Of a stretch of DNA of 64,000 nucleotides, positions 61,901-64,000 are shown piece after piece (positions within the stretch are counted from its first letter, which is position 1; the number at the start of each line of letters is the position of its first letter). The DNA comes from Bugula neritina (taxonomy: Eukaryota; Animalia; Bryozoa), in assembly GCA_964035545.1 (NCBI GenBank), contig OZ037770.1, positions 14,188,642 through 14,252,641 of the forward strand, read 5' to 3'. The translations under genes were made by a program, and so were the position numbers. The notes under the pieces were generated by a model. It did not search any database and was not told the DNA's origin. It saw nothing but the letters and a program-made list of their open reading frames with translations.

Positions 61901-63708
61901 TAAAACACAGTTAGACTGACCTAGCATAATGATTATCAGCAACCATTTGATGTAAACTTTTAAATAATCAATATGTTTTAAATAAATGAATCTCTACCTA
62001 TTCATGCAAACTGATTGCACTACTAAAACAAGAATTGTAGCTATTGTGTTCGTAATTCTTATTATTACTATCAACGCCAAGTCTTTAATCAGGGAACTAA
62101 GAGCTAATTCATATCAGGATGAACAAGGTGATAAAGCAGATGGATTAAGAGAGGACATATTACTTAGAGTCTTAGACCATTAGAGGAATTCTATTAGAGC
62201 AGGAATCATCTCCCACGTGAATATGACATAAAAAGCTAGCCACTGAAATATATGAAAGATTGTAAACAACCCAGAAATCTGTTAGCAAAATGAAAATGAG
62301 GCCATCCCATTGAGAGTATTGAAAAGATAATTGATAACAATAGTTTATTCCAGACATGCTTTTCCCTGGAATTGATTACATATCTTGCAATAAAGTAGCC
62401 AAAGTATGTGTCCCCTGACCCCCCCCCCCCACTGATGTTGCTGGGAACTTATTCTACAGTGCAGTTGGATGTAAACATTTAGAATACAAAGTAACTCATA
62501 CATAGGAAAGTTCATGGAATAGGGGAGGTGTTCGTGGAACATGTTGGAACAGAGCCAGGTGCCAGGGAAGCTACTAAAAGTTGGGTGCAAGCGGACTTAA
62601 ACTAAACCAGTCTAGTGCTTTTTTCCCTCCACTTTTATGCATTGATGAAGGCTATTGCCAAGTATTACTGCTTTCCAAGCATTGAAACAGGAATTCATGT
62701 ACTGGGACTGCATGGGTTAAGGAAAATAAACTTTACTACGACATCCAACAATCTCACTGCCAAACTGCAACTATTGCACAGGTAGGAAATTATTCAAAAG
62801 ATTGCAGTAAAAAGATTGCAATGTTTTTATTAGCTGGCAGCCAACTAGTCAAGGCTTAGCAATCGTATGAGAAAATATAGCCTGAGTGAATAGTTAGCAT
62901 AGCCTGAATATACAGTTAGCATAGCCTGAGTGTACAGCTAACATAGCCTGAGTGTATAGTCAGCATAGCCTGAGTGAATAGTTAGCATAGCCTGAGTGTA
63001 TAGTTAGCATAGCCTGAGTGAACAATTAGCACAGCCTGAGTATATAGCTAGCATAGCCTGAGTGTGTAGTTAGCATAGCCTGAGTGTACAGCTAGCATAG
63101 CCTGCGATCATACCTAGTATGAGGCCAATACCACAAGCCCGGTCTTCATATGCACCAGTCATCAGGGTGCCTACTGCATCGTTTAGTATAGCCACTACTT
63201 CTACGTTAATATCCTGCAAGCAAATCAGCACTTCATGATTTAGAAGCCGACAGTTATGAGAGGAGCTGTAAGTTCCCGAGAAGTACATATCTCTAACTAA
63301 CCAATGAGCTGGTTACACCAATGAACACTGAACGAAGAATAGCAGACGTGAAAGGAAAGGATGGGCAAAGATGACAACTTCATAACTGAAAGAGAGCAAA
63401 CATTGGAAACACAACTCCTGAACACGACAGCTAAGGTTCCATCATACAGTACTGTGTTGCCTTACAGACCCTGTGTAGAGTAGGTGGGGAGAATGTAACT
63501 AGGCTGAGGAATGTTAGGGGTGTACCGGCAGGTTACTCTGACTGGCGCAGCCCTAACAGAGAACAGACAGACTAAGCAGAGCATGCGGAGAGATGCCCAT
63601 ACCTAGACCAAGTCCCACAACAGTGTCTCTATCATAGTACGAGCCTGTAAGTAGGACCCCCACAGAGTCGTTGATGATAGCTATAACTCTTAGTCTAGCA
63701 GGGAAACC
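58984..63708 (-). CDS. HK: Hexokinase, 3' portion (5' exons lie beyond the right edge)
   Basis: Exons 63708-63603 (alt A) or 63213-63114 (alt B; VVAILNDAVGTLM..IGLILG), 61711-61519 (TGCNASYME..IDIEWGAFGD), 60896-60732 (FEKLFAGLYLGEIVRL), 60422-60289, 59490-59357 (TIAVDGSLF..HP), 59088-58984 (DGSGMGAAYVAAVA). Confidence 0.95.
59160..59378 (-). repeat. 23-bp tandem repeat (~9 units) spanning the donor of the penultimate hexokinase exon
   Basis: Minus strand: ACACAGCTCCTGAGACTAAG|gtaacacactgtctcagattaag gttacacagcttttcagactaag gtagcacactatctcag... Confidence 0.9.
59581..59717 (+). mobile_element. ~150-bp MITE family, copy 3, inserted into a 20-bp tandem array
   Basis: gcagtaatggagcaattgagaaaagcctg ... 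taggctatctcaatttctccactactgc; flanked by (ttctacagttwacactct) units at 59547 and 59730-59815. Confidence 0.82.
60008..60262. repeat. Degenerate tandem repeat (tatagaatagtatatagcatagtatagcagggtttag)
   Basis: Direct inspection. Confidence 0.85.
61066..61109 (+). mobile_element. SINE family 1, 3' fragment
   Basis: ttccatcaggttctcacagggatggtgactataaactc. Confidence 0.6.
62876..63105. repeat. 22-bp tandem repeat (TAGTTAGCATAGCCTGAGTGTA)n, ~10 units, abutting the donor of hexokinase exon B
   Basis: Direct inspection. Confidence 0.92.
63603..63708 (-). CDS. HK: Duplicated alternative hexokinase exon A (candidate mutually exclusive with 63114-63213)
   Basis: ctattttag|GGT TTC...CTA G|gtatgg encodes GFPARLRVIAIINDSVGVLLTGSYYDRDTVVGLGLG; phase 0 in, phase 1 out, same as exon B. 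Confidence 0.85.
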
Positions 63709-64000
63709 CTAAAATAGATTTTATCTGCCAATTGATAAGTGAAGAGTGCTTTACTCCAAGATGATCTTTTATTTATACTTATCCAAACCTAATCATTAAA
63801 TAAAACAAACAATTCACAAATATTCTCTTCTAAGCCTCACATTGGACAATTTGTGTGCTTTGTTACCACCAAAAATAAAAATATAAAAAGCTCCATCATG
63901 AGTAAATTAACTAAATAAGTCACAACTAAATATGTCATGAACATGACACTTGCAGCCCGTGTCACAATACCACACATAAAACACATGATGGCATGTGTCA

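Noticed and set aside
62172-62590. Possible third alternative hexokinase exon
   Set aside because: No reading frame examined resembles the ND.VG...GLxLG segment

Overview
AT-rich, intron-rich animal genomic DNA from an invertebrate. A lophotrochozoan such as a bryozoan is a low-confidence guess from style only. Hand-splicing with GT-AG sites and phase continuity gives nine protein-coding loci: (1) the 5' part of a DEG/ENaC channel (-), absent from the ORF track; (2) a secreted astacin metalloprotease with four single-exon 8-Cys modules and a MAM-like C-terminus (+); (3,4) a tandem pair of secreted NHL/beta-propeller + TSP1-like + PAN/apple proteins (+); (5) MyoD/nautilus bHLH (+); (6) a CHST15-like Golgi sulfotransferase (-); (7) an uncharacterised Ser-rich protein (+); (8) an uncharacterised N-terminally membrane-anchored protein with AKAP-like amphipathic helices (+); (9) the 3' part of a hexokinase (-). 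Repeats include a tRNA-derived SINE (6 copies), a second tRNA-like dispersed family (3 copies), a 3-copy MITE, foldback elements, and micro- and minisatellites. Most notable observations: a duplicated, same-phase (candidate mutually exclusive) exon pair covering the hexokinase catalytic Asp; a variable-exon/constant-exon mosaic between the tandem secreted paralogs; and tandem repeats whose unit contains the 5' splice site itself in four introns. All exon structures and identity figures are manual inferences without transcript data.
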